From contig CAVZMH010000019.1 of NCBI GenBank assembly GCA_963776345.1, positions 1-64,000 on the forward strand: a DNA stretch of 64,000 nucleotides, read 5' to 3'. The notes under the pieces are model-generated. The model saw only the letters and a list, made by a program, of their open reading frames with translations. It did not search any database and was not told the DNA's origin. This DNA comes from an uncultured delta proteobacterium. GTDB lineage: Bacteria; Myxococcota; Myxococcia; Myxococcales; Myxococcaceae. Shown here piece after piece: positions 23,235 through 32,248 of the stretch (positions are counted from its first letter, which is position 1; every line of letters begins with the position of its first letter). A program made the translations under genes and the position numbers.

Positions 23235-24299
23235 TCAGCGTCCGGGGCGTGCTCGCCGCCGCTGCTCGGCCCAGTAGTCCACCTGCCACTTCTGCACCGC
23301 GGCGTTGTGGCACTGGAGCGTGGGGCAGAACTCGTGCGTCCCGTCGTTCCGCGAGACGAAGTAGAGATCGCTGCACGTCGACGGGTGCGTGACGGCCTGC
23401 AATGCCGCGGTGCCCGGGCTGGCGATGGGGCCGGGCGGCAGCCCGTGCACGGTGTACGTGTTGTACGGGTGCGGGGTGACCAGGTCCTGGCGGGTGATGT
23501 TCTTCACGAACTTCCCGCGGATCAGCATCATCGCGTAGAGCACCGTGGGGTCCGTCTGCAGCGGCATCCCGAGACGGAGCCGGTTCAGGAACAGGCAGGC
23601 GATGCGCGGGCGCTCGTCCGGCGCGCCGGTCTCCTTCTCCACGATCGAGGCGAGGGTCACGATCTGCAGCGGGTCGAGCTTCACCGCCGGATCCGTGCTG
23701 GCCATCGCCGCCTGCAGCGCCTCGAGCGTCCGCGAGACCATCTTCCCCAGCACGCTCTCCTCGGTGTACCCGTGAGTGAAGCTGTAGGTGTCCGGGAAGA
23801 GGAAGCCCTCGAGCCGGGTGGCGGGCACGCCCAGCTTCTTCACCAGCACCGGGTCCGCGGCGAGCGCCTCGAGCCGGTCGAGCCGGAGCTTGAGCGGCGA
23901 GGCGGCGAGGAGCGGGAGGATCTCGTCCAGCCGCAGCCCCTCGGGGATGGTCACGTGGTACGTCTTCTGCTGTCCGGCGACGAGCTTCTGGATCGCCTGC
24001 TCGGGCGAGAGCGGGAGCGTGAACTCGTACTCCCCGGCCCGTAGCTTCGGTCCCAGCTTCTCGCGGCGGAGCCAGGCGTAGGTCAGCTCCGCGTCGGCCA
24101 CGACTCCGGCCTGGGCCAGGACGTCGGCGACCCGGCGTGGCCCGCTCCCCGTTGGGATGAGGATGTCCCTGGTGCCCGCGGCACCCGACGGGGTCCGTGC
24201 GAACTCGGTGAGGCGCCGGTCCCTCCACCACCAGTAGGCGGCGCCAGCGGCCGCGGAGAGCACCATCACCAGGAGGGCCAGGCCGACCGCCCGCTTCAC
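23235..24299 (-). CDS. mltG: Endolytic transglycosylase MltG
   Basis: AGEY, TIPEG, LEGFLFPDTY, LASIVEKE, LQTDPT, PYNTY...GLPPGPI. Confidence 0.95.
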   Translation of the reverse strand: MKRAVGLALLVMVLSAAAGAAYWWWRDRRLTEFARTPSGAAGTRDILIPTGSGPRRVADVLAQAGVVADAELTYAWLRREKLGPKLRAGEYEFTLPLSPEQAIQKLVAGQQKTYHVTIPEGLRLDEILPLLAASPLKLRLDRLEALAADPVLVKKLGVPATRLEGFLFPDTYSFTHGYTEESVLGKMVSRTLEALQAAMASTDPAVKLDPLQIVTLASIVEKETGAPDERPRIACLFLNRLRLGMPLQTDPTVLYAMMLIRGKFVKNITRQDLVTPHPYNTYTVHGLPPGPIASPGTAALQAVTHPSTCSDLYFVSRNDGTHEFCPTLQCHNAAVQKWQVDYWAEQRRRARPGR

Positions 24300-24733
24300 G
24301 GCTCGTCTCCGGGGGCGGTGGACTGGCGCGCGTCGAGCCAGCCCTGGAGGATGAGCGCCGCGGCCACCTGGTCCACGACGGCACGACGCCTGGCCCGCGA
24401 CACGTCGGCCTCGAGCAGCATGCGGTTCGCGGCCGCGGTGGTGAGCCGCTCGTCCCAGTACTCCACCCGGATGCCCAGCGTGCGGGCCACCGCGTCGCCG
24501 AACCGCCGGGCCTCGACCGCGCTCGGTCCCTCGCTGCCATTCATGTTGAGGGGCAGGCCCACGACGGCGTGCTCCACCCCGTGGTGCTCGGCCAGGCGCC
24601 GGAGCTCGGTCAGGTCGGCGCGAAGGTTCGTCCGCCGCAGGGTGGTGACCGGCTGCGCGGTGATCCCCAGCGCGTCGGAGACCGCGACCCCGACCGTCTT
24701 CGTGCCCACGTCCAGACCGAAGCTCCGCACCAT
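24296..24733 (-). CDS. ruvX: RuvX/YqgF pre-16S rRNA nuclease
   Basis: GLDVGTKTVGVAVSD, VVGLP, WDERLTT, VDQVAAALILQ. Confidence 0.95.
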   Translation of the reverse strand: MVRSFGLDVGTKTVGVAVSDALGITAQPVTTLRRTNLRADLTELRRLAEHHGVEHAVVGLPLNMNGSEGPSAVEARRFGDAVARTLGIRVEYWDERLTTAAANRMLLEADVSRARRRAVVDQVAAALILQGWLDARQSTAPGDEP

Positions 24734-24891
24734 TCCGGGCGCAACATAACAGCCCCAGGCCGGCGTCCCGGCGCGCGGACAGGCTCCGTCCTGTGCCGGG
24801 GACGCCCCCGGCTCTCCTCCAGGGGATCGTCGCCGGCACTCGTCGTGCAACCCCGCCCCTTGCCCGGGCAGTCGGCCCGGAAGGGGGACGG

Positions 24892-26379
24892 ATGGGACTC
24901 TTCGACTTCATCGGCGACGCGCTCGGTGCCATCGGGTCGCCCTTCACCGCGTTGATCGACGCCGGGACCAAGCTGCTCGGCCTCCCGCCGGTCATCGGCG
25001 ATGCGCTCAAGGTGGCGGTGGGCGCGGCGACGGGGGACGTCGTCACCCTGATGCAGGGGAGCACCCAGCTCCTCAAGGACCTCGCCGGCAGCGCCGCCGA
25101 GACCGAGTACGCGCCGCCGAAGGACGAGGCCTTCGGCGGAACGGACGGCTGGGCGCCGGTGGCGTCGGCGACGGTCAGCGCCCGGACGGAGGACGCGGAC
25201 CCCGCGGAGACGCCGGCCGAGGATCCGGTCGCGGCCGGCCTCTCTGCTGCCACGAGTGTCCCGGGCGACGACCCGGCGCTGTCGGCGGTCTCCAGCGCCG
25301 ACGAGGACCCCGAGGAGGCGCGGGCGCTCGAGACGCTCGGCAGGAACTTCGACGCGATGAACCGGGATCACGGCGTGTTCGGCGCCTTCGGCGACAGGGT
25401 CATCACCGAGAAGGAGCTGCGCGAGACCTCGGAGGACCCCGATGCCCCGCTCGAGCTCAAGCGTGCCGCCCGGTACGTCCTCGATCATCCGGACCTCATG
25501 GAGCGGCTCTCCCGCTCGAGGGACGGCGGAGACCAGGGCATCGCCCGCAGCGATGTGGATCTGGTGAGGGAGGAGAACCGGACCGGCGGCGCGGACGAAC
25601 TCCCCGGGACGGACGGGGCGACCGGTGCCTCGGGCAGCGGCGGCGCGGGAGGGACGCCGGCCGTCGCTGGAGGCGACGCCCTCTCGGCGCTGCAGACGCT
25701 CCTCGCGAGCTTCGACAGCCTGAACAAGAGCAACGCGCTGATCCGCGACAAGGTCCTCAGCCGGGACGAGCTGGAGCGCGCCGCCAGCGATGCGGACACC
25801 TCGCCGGTGCTCAAGCGCGCGCTGCGCTACGTGCTCGACCACCCGGACCTCCTGGACAAGCTCTCCCGTTCCCAGGGATTCGGTGTGTCCGGGATGTCGC
25901 GGAGCGATCTCCAGATCGGGATCGACGATGCCAGGCGTTCGACGAAGCCGTCGGGAGTCACCCAGCCCAAGAGCTCGCCGGCTCCCAAGACGACGGGGAC
26001 CTCGAGCGCGAGCACGGCGTCGACCAGCAAGTCCTCGAGCAGCTCCAGCAGCAAGAGCAAGGACCCGTCGATCACCGACATCCTCAACGACAAGAGCCTG
26101 AGCATCGAGGAGAAGATCGAGATGATCCTCATGGTGCTGGAGAACCGCGCGGACGACCAGATGCTCTCGGTCACCCAGCAGCTCGACCAGAACGACGACA
26201 AGAAGACCGCCAAGGACGACCGGAAGAAGGTCGCCAAGCTCGACAAGGTCGACCGGGACCTGAACTTCAAGATGGAGCGGCTGATGAAGCGCAAGGAGCA
26301 GCTCTCCAACCTCCTGTCGACGATGGAGATGAAGTTCGCGTCGATGGCCCAGACCGCCATCGCCAACATGGGACGCTGA
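24892..26379 (+). CDS. Putative T3SS-type secreted protein with two HrpF/NolX-like repeats and a coiled-coil C-terminus
   Basis: Duplicated module (FD..N...D.V....EL...S.D.D....LKRA.RYVLDHPDL...LSRS), Ser/Thr linker, C-terminus LSNLLSTMEMKFASMAQTAIANMGR; adjacent to a TPR chaperone. Confidence 0.5.
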   Translation: MGLFDFIGDALGAIGSPFTALIDAGTKLLGLPPVIGDALKVAVGAATGDVVTLMQGSTQLLKDLAGSAAETEYAPPKDEAFGGTDGWAPVASATVSARTEDADPAETPAEDPVAAGLSAATSVPGDDPALSAVSSADEDPEEARALETLGRNFDAMNRDHGVFGAFGDRVITEKELRETSEDPDAPLELKRAARYVLDHPDLMERLSRSRDGGDQGIARSDVDLVREENRTGGADELPGTDGATGASGSGGAGGTPAVAGGDALSALQTLLASFDSLNKSNALIRDKVLSRDELERAASDADTSPVLKRALRYVLDHPDLLDKLSRSQGFGVSGMSRSDLQIGIDDARRSTKPSGVTQPKSSPAPKTTGTSSASTASTSKSSSSSSSKSKDPSITDILNDKSLSIEEKIEMILMVLENRADDQMLSVTQQLDQNDDKKTAKDDRKKVAKLDKVDRDLNFKMERLMKRKEQLSNLLSTMEMKFASMAQTAIANMGR

Positions 26380-26381
26380 GC

Positions 26382-26852
26382 ATGGGACCGAACGATCGCG
26401 AGAAGCTGCTGGCCTTCGCCCGGGGCGAGGCCACCTGGGCCGAGGTCGAGGGGATCACCGCCGCGGATGCCGCACGCATGGCCCGCACCGGGGTCGAGCT
26501 GGCCCAGGCCGGGCGGCTCCGCGAGGCGGCGCTGGTCTTCGAGGCGATGGTGGAGATCAACCCCAGGGACGGCGGGGCGCACGCCGCGCTGGGCACGGTG
26601 TACCAGAAGCTCGGCCGCACCGACGACGCGGTGCGCGCCTATGGCGAGGCGCTGGCACGCGATCCGAAGCATCCGGTCGCGCTCGGCAACCGGGGCGAGC
26701 TGTTGCTCCGGCTCGGCCGGCGCGAGGGCTTCGGCGACGTGGCCGCCGCGGTGGCCGCCGACCCGGAGGGACGGACCGCGGCCGGCCGGCGCGCGGCGAG
26801 GCTGGCAAGGGCCATCACCGCGGACGCGGTGGCGAAGCTCGGTCTCCAGTGA
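26382..26852 (+). CDS. SycD/LcrH-like TPR chaperone
   Basis: 156 aa with three TPRs. The N-terminal G.T.AEV.G.T....A..G..L..AGRL.EA...FE pattern is typical of class II T3SS chaperone-like proteins. Confidence 0.65.
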   Translation: MGPNDREKLLAFARGEATWAEVEGITAADAARMARTGVELAQAGRLREAALVFEAMVEINPRDGGAHAALGTVYQKLGRTDDAVRAYGEALARDPKHPVALGNRGELLLRLGRREGFGDVAAAVAADPEGRTAAGRRAARLARAITADAVAKLGLQ

Positions 26853-26974
26853 AGGGGGGGCCGCCGGAGCGCCCGGGGGGAGCGCTCCGGCGGAGCAGCA
26901 TCCGGCCGCTCGTCGGCGCGGACGCTTCGAGGCGGCGATGCGCGCCTCCATCCTCGGCCATCCGGACCCCTCGG

Positions 26975-28165
26975 TCAGCCGCCCGTGTCCGGCGCCAGAC
27001 CCTGTGCCGCGCTCGACGGCTCCGGGCGGGGCCGGGCCACTCCCCGACGTCGTGAGGCGGGGCGGGTGGACGGCTCCGGCGGGGGCGGCTCGTCCGGGAC
27101 GTCCGCCTCGGCCAGGAGGAGCTGCTTCATCCGCTCCAGGCTCGCCCGGGCGCGATCCACGAACGGTCCGCCGGACCCGATGCGCTCCGCGGTCGCCACG
27201 GTCGTCTCGTACACGCCGATGGCCTTGGTCAGGAGGATCCGGATCCGCCGACGGAGCTCCTGGCGGTAGACCGCGGCCTCCTCCGCGTTCAGCTCCCGCG
27301 GCGTGGGCGAGTCCATCATCTGGCGGTGGAGCACCTCGTAGAGGTTGCCGATCCGCTCGCCGGCGGCCGTCGCCCAGTAGCCGTTGCCGATCTTGATCGC
27401 TCTCAGGTAGTGGCCCTGCGCGGAGAGCAGCAGCTCGGCCTTGTACTCCAGCAGGTGGGAGAGTTCGTCCGCCTTCGCCTCGGGGTCGAAGGTCACGCCC
27501 TCGCAGTGCAGGCGGTAGATCTCCCCGAGGAAGAACTGGCCCTGGGCGGTGACGTACTCGTCCGCCGGCTCGCCGCGGTCCGCCGCGTCCTTGGCGCTCA
27601 CCAGCGCCGCCCGGAGCGTCTTCTCGCCCTCGTCCAGGTCACCGGCGTCGACCTGACAGATGCCCTGCTGCACCTGGGCCTCGATGCGCCGGGCCAGAGG
27701 CAGGTCCTGCCGGGCGGCGATGCGGGCCAGCACCGTGGCCGCCTCGGGGAAGCGGTCCAGGTGGTAGAGCGCCTCGGCGTGGTGGAAGGCCGCGTCCAGC
27801 GCGTCCCCGGTGCCGAGCGGATCGCCGATCTCCGCGAAGTGCTGCCGGGCTCCGTCCCACTCCTCCAGCCGCTCCCGCGCCAGCCCGGCGTTGAAGCGAG
27901 CGCGGAGCCGGTGCGAGCTCTCCGGGAACGCCGTCACCAGCCGCTCGAAGCAGGCCGCCGCCCGGGCCGCGTCGCCGGCCGCGAAGGCGCTCGACCCGGC
28001 GGCGAACAGCTCCTCGTCGTTCATCCTCAACAGGGCCAGATCCGCCCGGACCTCCTGGGGCGGCATCGCCAGCGTCTCGGGCCGGGCGGCCCCCGAGGGC
28101 GTGGCGCACCGGGTGAGGAGGAGCAGCGGGAGGAGGGCGAGGGCCCGGTGAATCGCGGCGCGCAA
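26975..28165 (-). CDS. TPR-repeat (BamD/YbgF-like) putative lipoprotein
   Basis: Hydrophobic signal ending in C, FERLVTAFPES, FNAGLARE, QFFLGEIY; start codon uncertain. Confidence 0.7.
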   Translation of the reverse strand: MRAAIHRALALLPLLLLTRCATPSGAARPETLAMPPQEVRADLALLRMNDEELFAAGSSAFAAGDAARAAACFERLVTAFPESSHRLRARFNAGLARERLEEWDGARQHFAEIGDPLGTGDALDAAFHHAEALYHLDRFPEAATVLARIAARQDLPLARRIEAQVQQGICQVDAGDLDEGEKTLRAALVSAKDAADRGEPADEYVTAQGQFFLGEIYRLHCEGVTFDPEAKADELSHLLEYKAELLLSAQGHYLRAIKIGNGYWATAAGERIGNLYEVLHRQMMDSPTPRELNAEEAAVYRQELRRRIRILLTKAIGVYETTVATAERIGSGGPFVDRARASLERMKQLLLAEADVPDEPPPPEPSTRPASRRRGVARPRPEPSSAAQGLAPDTGG

Positions 28166-28203
28166 GGGCAAGGGACAGGCGGGCGGGTGAACCGCGAGGG
28201 AGC

Positions 28204-29322
28204 CTACAGGATCACAGCCTCGCCCAGCAGGTAGGAGCCTGCCCGCCACAGTGCGCGGAGGTCGTGGATCTCGGACGAGAAGCGGGGCACCGCGATCAGC
28301 GGGGCGGGGGCGGCTCCCTCGCGCAGGAGCCGGATGCTCACCCGGTCGCGCTCGGCCAGGGCACGGGCCTCGCCCAGCGTCCGCACCAGCGCACCGTGGA
28401 GCGGCTCGTCCAGGCCCGCCAGCTCGCTCTCCGACGAGGCCAGCGGCTCCTCCTGCACCCGGTTCACCACCACGCCGTCGCGCTGCAGGCCCCGCTCGCC
28501 CAGCACCGCCTGGAAGCGCAGCGCCTCCTCCCGTCGCTCGAGGGACGCCCCGGCCACCAGGAGGAAGCCGGTCTCGGGCGAGGACAGCATCGCCCGCACC
28601 GCGCGGGCCCGCTCGCGGAAGCCCTGGTTCATCCCGCTGATCGCGCCGAGGAAGGTTGCCAGCTCCTCCAGCGTGTCGCCCCCGATGATGCGCCCGATGG
28701 TCTTCGCCGCCACCCCGCCTCCCCAGTGTGCCAGGCGCAGGGAGATGCGTCCGGCCCGGAGCGCGGGGTCGAGCAGCCAGCGCGCGGACTCGTTGTCCAT
28801 GAAGTCCAGGATGCGGGCCGGGGCGTCGAGGAAGTCCAGGGCGTGCGCGGTGGGCGGGGTGTCGAGGACGATCAGCTCGGACTCCGAGCGCTCCCGGAGC
28901 TGTCCCAGCCGCTCCAGGGCGATGTACTCCTGCGAGCCCGCCAGCACGGTGGAGAGCGTCTGGTAGAAGCGGTTCTTGAGGATGCGCTCGCGCTGGCCCG
29001 GCGGCGCCTGCCGCTCGATCAGCTCGTCCCAGCTGGCCTTGAGGTCGAGCATCATCGCCTGGAGTGGAGCCTGGAGATGAATGCCCGCCTCGGCCAGCAC
29101 CTCCGGCCGGACCTCGGTGGGCGCGTTCCCCAGCCAGGTCAGACCCAGCGCGTTCGCGAGCCGCCGAGCCGGGTCGATGGTGCACACCAGCGCGCTCCGG
29201 CCGAGCGCTGCGGCCCGTATCGCCACCGCCGCGGCCAGGGTGGTCTTCCCGACCCCGCCCGCGCCCACGCACACCAGGACGCGGCGACGGCGGAGCACCT
29301 CCTCGAGCGAGGGCCCGCTCAC
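28204..29322 (-). CDS. ArsA/Get3-like ATPase (second of pair)
   Basis: GAGGVGKTT, TIDPARRLANALG, LDTPPT, VVNRV. Confidence 0.9.
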   Translation of the reverse strand: MSGPSLEEVLRRRRVLVCVGAGGVGKTTLAAAVAIRAAALGRSALVCTIDPARRLANALGLTWLGNAPTEVRPEVLAEAGIHLQAPLQAMMLDLKASWDELIERQAPPGQRERILKNRFYQTLSTVLAGSQEYIALERLGQLRERSESELIVLDTPPTAHALDFLDAPARILDFMDNESARWLLDPALRAGRISLRLAHWGGGVAAKTIGRIIGGDTLEELATFLGAISGMNQGFRERARAVRAMLSSPETGFLLVAGASLERREEALRFQAVLGERGLQRDGVVVNRVQEEPLASSESELAGLDEPLHGALVRTLGEARALAERDRVSIRLLREGAAPAPLIAVPRFSSEIHDLRALWRAGSYLLGEAVIL

Positions 29323-30218
29323 CGGAGCGCCTCCGCCAGGGCGTCGCCCAGCGCGGTGAGCTCACCCCGTCCGAACTCGGGCGCGGTCAGCCGGGGCAGC
29401 TGGACCAGCGGAGCGTCGATGCCGCGCAGCCGCTCGGCGGCCTCGTCCGTCCTCTGCGCGTCCTCCTCGTAGGCCTGGACCAGCGCGCTCAGCCCCGGGC
29501 GCCCGGAGAGCGCCGCCCGGTCCACCGCCGCGAAGCGCGAAGGCACCGACTGGTTGAGGACCACCGCGCCGACCCGGACCGAGAGCCGCGTCCCGAGCGC
29601 CTGGGCGAGCTCCAGCGTCTCGTTCACCGGCAGCTCCTCGGGGAGGCTCACCAGCACCGCGTTGGTCATCACCGGATCGGTCAAGAGATCAAACATCCAG
29701 CGGGCCTCGGTCGACATCGGCCCGGAGGGGAGTGCGGAGATCAGGCTGTGCGGCACGCCCAGGAGGGTGAGCGCGTGCCCGGTGGCGGGGAGGTCCATCA
29801 CGATCCGGTCGTAGCCGCCCGGCGCGTCGGGCCATTGCCGGAGGTGCCACATCACCTTCCCCAGCATCACCGTCTCGGCCAGGGCGGGGACGAAGCGGAG
29901 GAAGTAACGCACCATCCGGTTCTCGAAGACCGCCCGGTAGACGCGCTCGAGGCGTATCTTCTGCAGCACGTACTCGCGCATCGACGCGTCGGGCTGGAGG
30001 TCCACCATCGAGAGGTTGGGCTCGACCAGCGTCACGTCCGGGCCCACCTCCGGGTGCCCGAGCAACCGGCCCAGCCGCCCGTCGGCGTTCACCTCGCAGA
30101 GCAGCGTGCGCAGACCGGCCGACGCCAGCCGCAGGGCCAGGGAGGCGGCCACCGTGCTCTTCCCCACGCCTCCCTTGCCAGTCACCAGGAGGAGACGCCT
30201 GTCGAGCAGACCGGACAT
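29319..30218 (-). CDS. ArsA/Get3-like ATPase (first of pair)
   Basis: TGKGGVGKST, DLPATGH, LPEELPVNET, VVLNQ. Confidence 0.9.
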   Translation of the reverse strand: MSGLLDRRLLLVTGKGGVGKSTVAASLALRLASAGLRTLLCEVNADGRLGRLLGHPEVGPDVTLVEPNLSMVDLQPDASMREYVLQKIRLERVYRAVFENRMVRYFLRFVPALAETVMLGKVMWHLRQWPDAPGGYDRIVMDLPATGHALTLLGVPHSLISALPSGPMSTEARWMFDLLTDPVMTNAVLVSLPEELPVNETLELAQALGTRLSVRVGAVVLNQSVPSRFAAVDRAALSGRPGLSALVQAYEEDAQRTDEAAERLRGIDAPLVQLPRLTAPEFGRGELTALGDALAEALR

Positions 30219-30263
30219 GGAGGGAGAGAAGGAGCGCCGGACCGTAGGGAGCACCTCCGTGGG

Positions 30264-30299
30264 CTGTCAACGCCGGGACGCGAGGAGCGCGCTTGACAG
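30264..30299. promoter_or_regulatory. Back-to-back TTGACA boxes in the divergent intergenic region
   Basis: CTGTCAA-N22-TTGACAG inverted repeat between the divergent genes. Confidence 0.3.
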
Positions 30300-30343
30300 G
30301 GCCAGGGCGCGGCTGCGAAGTCCCGGGCCAGCGCGAGACGCCC

Positions 30344-30640
30344 ATGCTGAAGAACAATCCGGTGGTCAAGAAGCTGGTCGAGACGGGCGAGGAGCGGGTG
30401 GGAAAGCTCGCCCAGGCGCTGCTCTCCAACGAGCGGTTCGTGGTGGCGATCCAGACGCTCATCCAGCGGACGCTGTCGGCCAAGGGCGTGCTGGACAAGA
30501 GCCTCCGCTCGGCGCTGGCGGCGATGAACCTGCCCTCCACCGAGGACGTCGAGTCGCTGCGGCGGAAGATCGCCGACCTCGACGCCACCCTGAGCCGGAT
30601 CGAGTCGAAGCTGGAGCGGGTGCCGGAGCAGCCCCGCTAA
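30344..30640 (+). CDS. Small amphipathic coiled-coil protein, phasin-like
   Basis: C-terminal LAAMNLPSTEDVESLRRKIADLDATL resembles the NLPsr.Dv..L..ri..L tail of PhaF/PhaI-type phasins. Confidence 0.5.
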   Translation: MLKNNPVVKKLVETGEERVGKLAQALLSNERFVVAIQTLIQRTLSAKGVLDKSLRSALAAMNLPSTEDVESLRRKIADLDATLSRIESKLERVPEQPR

Positions 30641-30649
30641 GCGCCTCCC

Positions 30650-31423
30650 GTGCGAAGGATCGCCTTCGTCAACGAGAAGGGCGGCACCGGGAAGACGACG
30701 CTCGCGGTGCACGTCGCCGCGTGGATCGCCCGGGCGCGGAAGCTGCGCGTGCTCCTGGTGGACCTGGACACCCAAGGGCACGCGGGGAAGACGCTGGGCC
30801 TCGACGTCCGGGAGATCGAGCCCAACGTCTTCCACTTCCTGACCGACCGCGGGGTGCGCCTGGACCAGGTGCGCCATCCCACCGAGGTTCCCGGGCTCTC
30901 CGTCGTCCCGGCCTACAAGCAGATGGCCGGCCTGGCCGCGGCGCTCGGACCGTCGCCCTCGGCCGTGGAGCGCCTGCGCGAGCGGCTGGACGAGTTCGAG
31001 TCCGAGCAGGACGTGGTGGTGCTCGATGGGCCGCCGTCACTCGGGCTGAGCGTGTCGGCGATCCTGGTCGCTGCGACCGAGGTGGTCATCCCCGTGGCGC
31101 TGACCTACCTCGCGCTCGACGGGTGCGCCGAGGTGGCGCGCACGGTGGAGCGGGTGGCGGAGGAGCACCACCGGCCCGGGCTCCGGGTGACCGCGGTGGT
31201 GCCGATGATGCACCGGCGCACCGCGCTGGCCGAGGCGGTGCGGGAGCGCCTCGAGGCCTACTTCCCCGGAAGGGTCACGCCGTCGCTCGGGGTGAACGTC
31301 GCCATCGACGAGGCCCAGAGCCACGGGAAGACGGTCTGGGACTACGCACCCCGGAGCCGTGGGGCGGAGATGATGACCGCGGTGGCGGAGGCGGTCTGGC
31401 GGCTGGGCGAGACGGCGCCCTAA
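30650..31423 (+). CDS. ParA/Soj-family ATPase
   Basis: NEKGGTGKTT deviant Walker A, VDLDTQGHA, LDGPPSLG, DEAQSHGK...Y.P.SRGA. Confidence 0.92.
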   Translation: MRRIAFVNEKGGTGKTTLAVHVAAWIARARKLRVLLVDLDTQGHAGKTLGLDVREIEPNVFHFLTDRGVRLDQVRHPTEVPGLSVVPAYKQMAGLAAALGPSPSAVERLRERLDEFESEQDVVVLDGPPSLGLSVSAILVAATEVVIPVALTYLALDGCAEVARTVERVAEEHHRPGLRVTAVVPMMHRRTALAEAVRERLEAYFPGRVTPSLGVNVAIDEAQSHGKTVWDYAPRSRGAEMMTAVAEAVWRLGETAP

Positions 31424-32037
31424 CCCGGAGCCGGCGGGCCGTCCTTCTTCGACTCCAGCACGGCGAGCCGGGCCTCCAGCTCCTCGAGCCGCCGGGTGAG
31501 CTGCCCGAGGTCCGAGCCGAGCGCGGGGAGGTTGCCGCTGACGCTCTCCACCAGCGACTTCACCCGGTCGTCCGCGCGCCGCTGCCAGTCCTCGATGGTG
31601 CGCTGGCCGGCGCGGAAGAGGTCCTCCTTCAGCTCGCCGGTGCCGCCCTCCTCGCGGCGGAGCAGCCGGTCCAGCCGGGTCTCGGCCTCCTCGCGGATGG
31701 AGGCGACCCGCGGGCTGACCTCCTTCTGGATGAAGCCGGAGAGCGCGTCGCCCGGGCGGCGGATGATCTCCCGCAGCACGCTGAGCGGCATCTGGTTCTT
31801 CTTCTTCTCCTCCTCGAAGATGATCTGGGCGAGGGTGACCGAGGTGAGATCGTCCTTGGTGCGGTTGTCGACGATCTTCACCTCCGCGCCCTGCTTGATC
31901 ATCTCGGCGATCTCGTCGAGCGTGACGTACCGGCTCTCCACGGTGTCGTAGAGCTTCCGGTTGGTGTAGCGCTTGATGATCTTCGGCTCGCGCGGAGCCT
32001 CGTCCTGGGCGGGATGGAGCTGTTCGGGTTCAGTCAT
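31420..32037 (-). CDS. PhaR-type PHA-synthesis regulator DNA-binding domain protein
   Basis: IIKRYTNRKLYDTVESRYVTLDEI...DLTSVTLAQII, followed by a coiled-coil tail. Confidence 0.85.
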   Translation of the reverse strand: MTEPEQLHPAQDEAPREPKIIKRYTNRKLYDTVESRYVTLDEIAEMIKQGAEVKIVDNRTKDDLTSVTLAQIIFEEEKKKNQMPLSVLREIIRRPGDALSGFIQKEVSPRVASIREEAETRLDRLLRREEGGTGELKEDLFRAGQRTIEDWQRRADDRVKSLVESVSGNLPALGSDLGQLTRRLEELEARLAVLESKKDGPPAPG

Positions 32038-32248
32038 GGATCGTGTGTCGCCGTCGTGAACGGTGGGCCGGCCCTCGACCCACCATGCCGCGCTGCAGCG
32101 CCTCCCTGCTGAGACCACCAGGTTCCGGCTGGATAGCAGCACGGTTTGGCTCGGTGCAACAAGGTGGAGGGGCCGCACCTACACGGCGGGCAATGGGGCT
32201 TCCCCTGGTATTCTCGCGGGTTTCAGGGCTCCCTGCAGCCAGACCCTC

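Noticed and set aside
28204..30218. Arsenic resistance operon
   Set aside because: No arsB/acr3/arsC/arsR/arsD nearby, and these are single-domain Get3-like ATPases.
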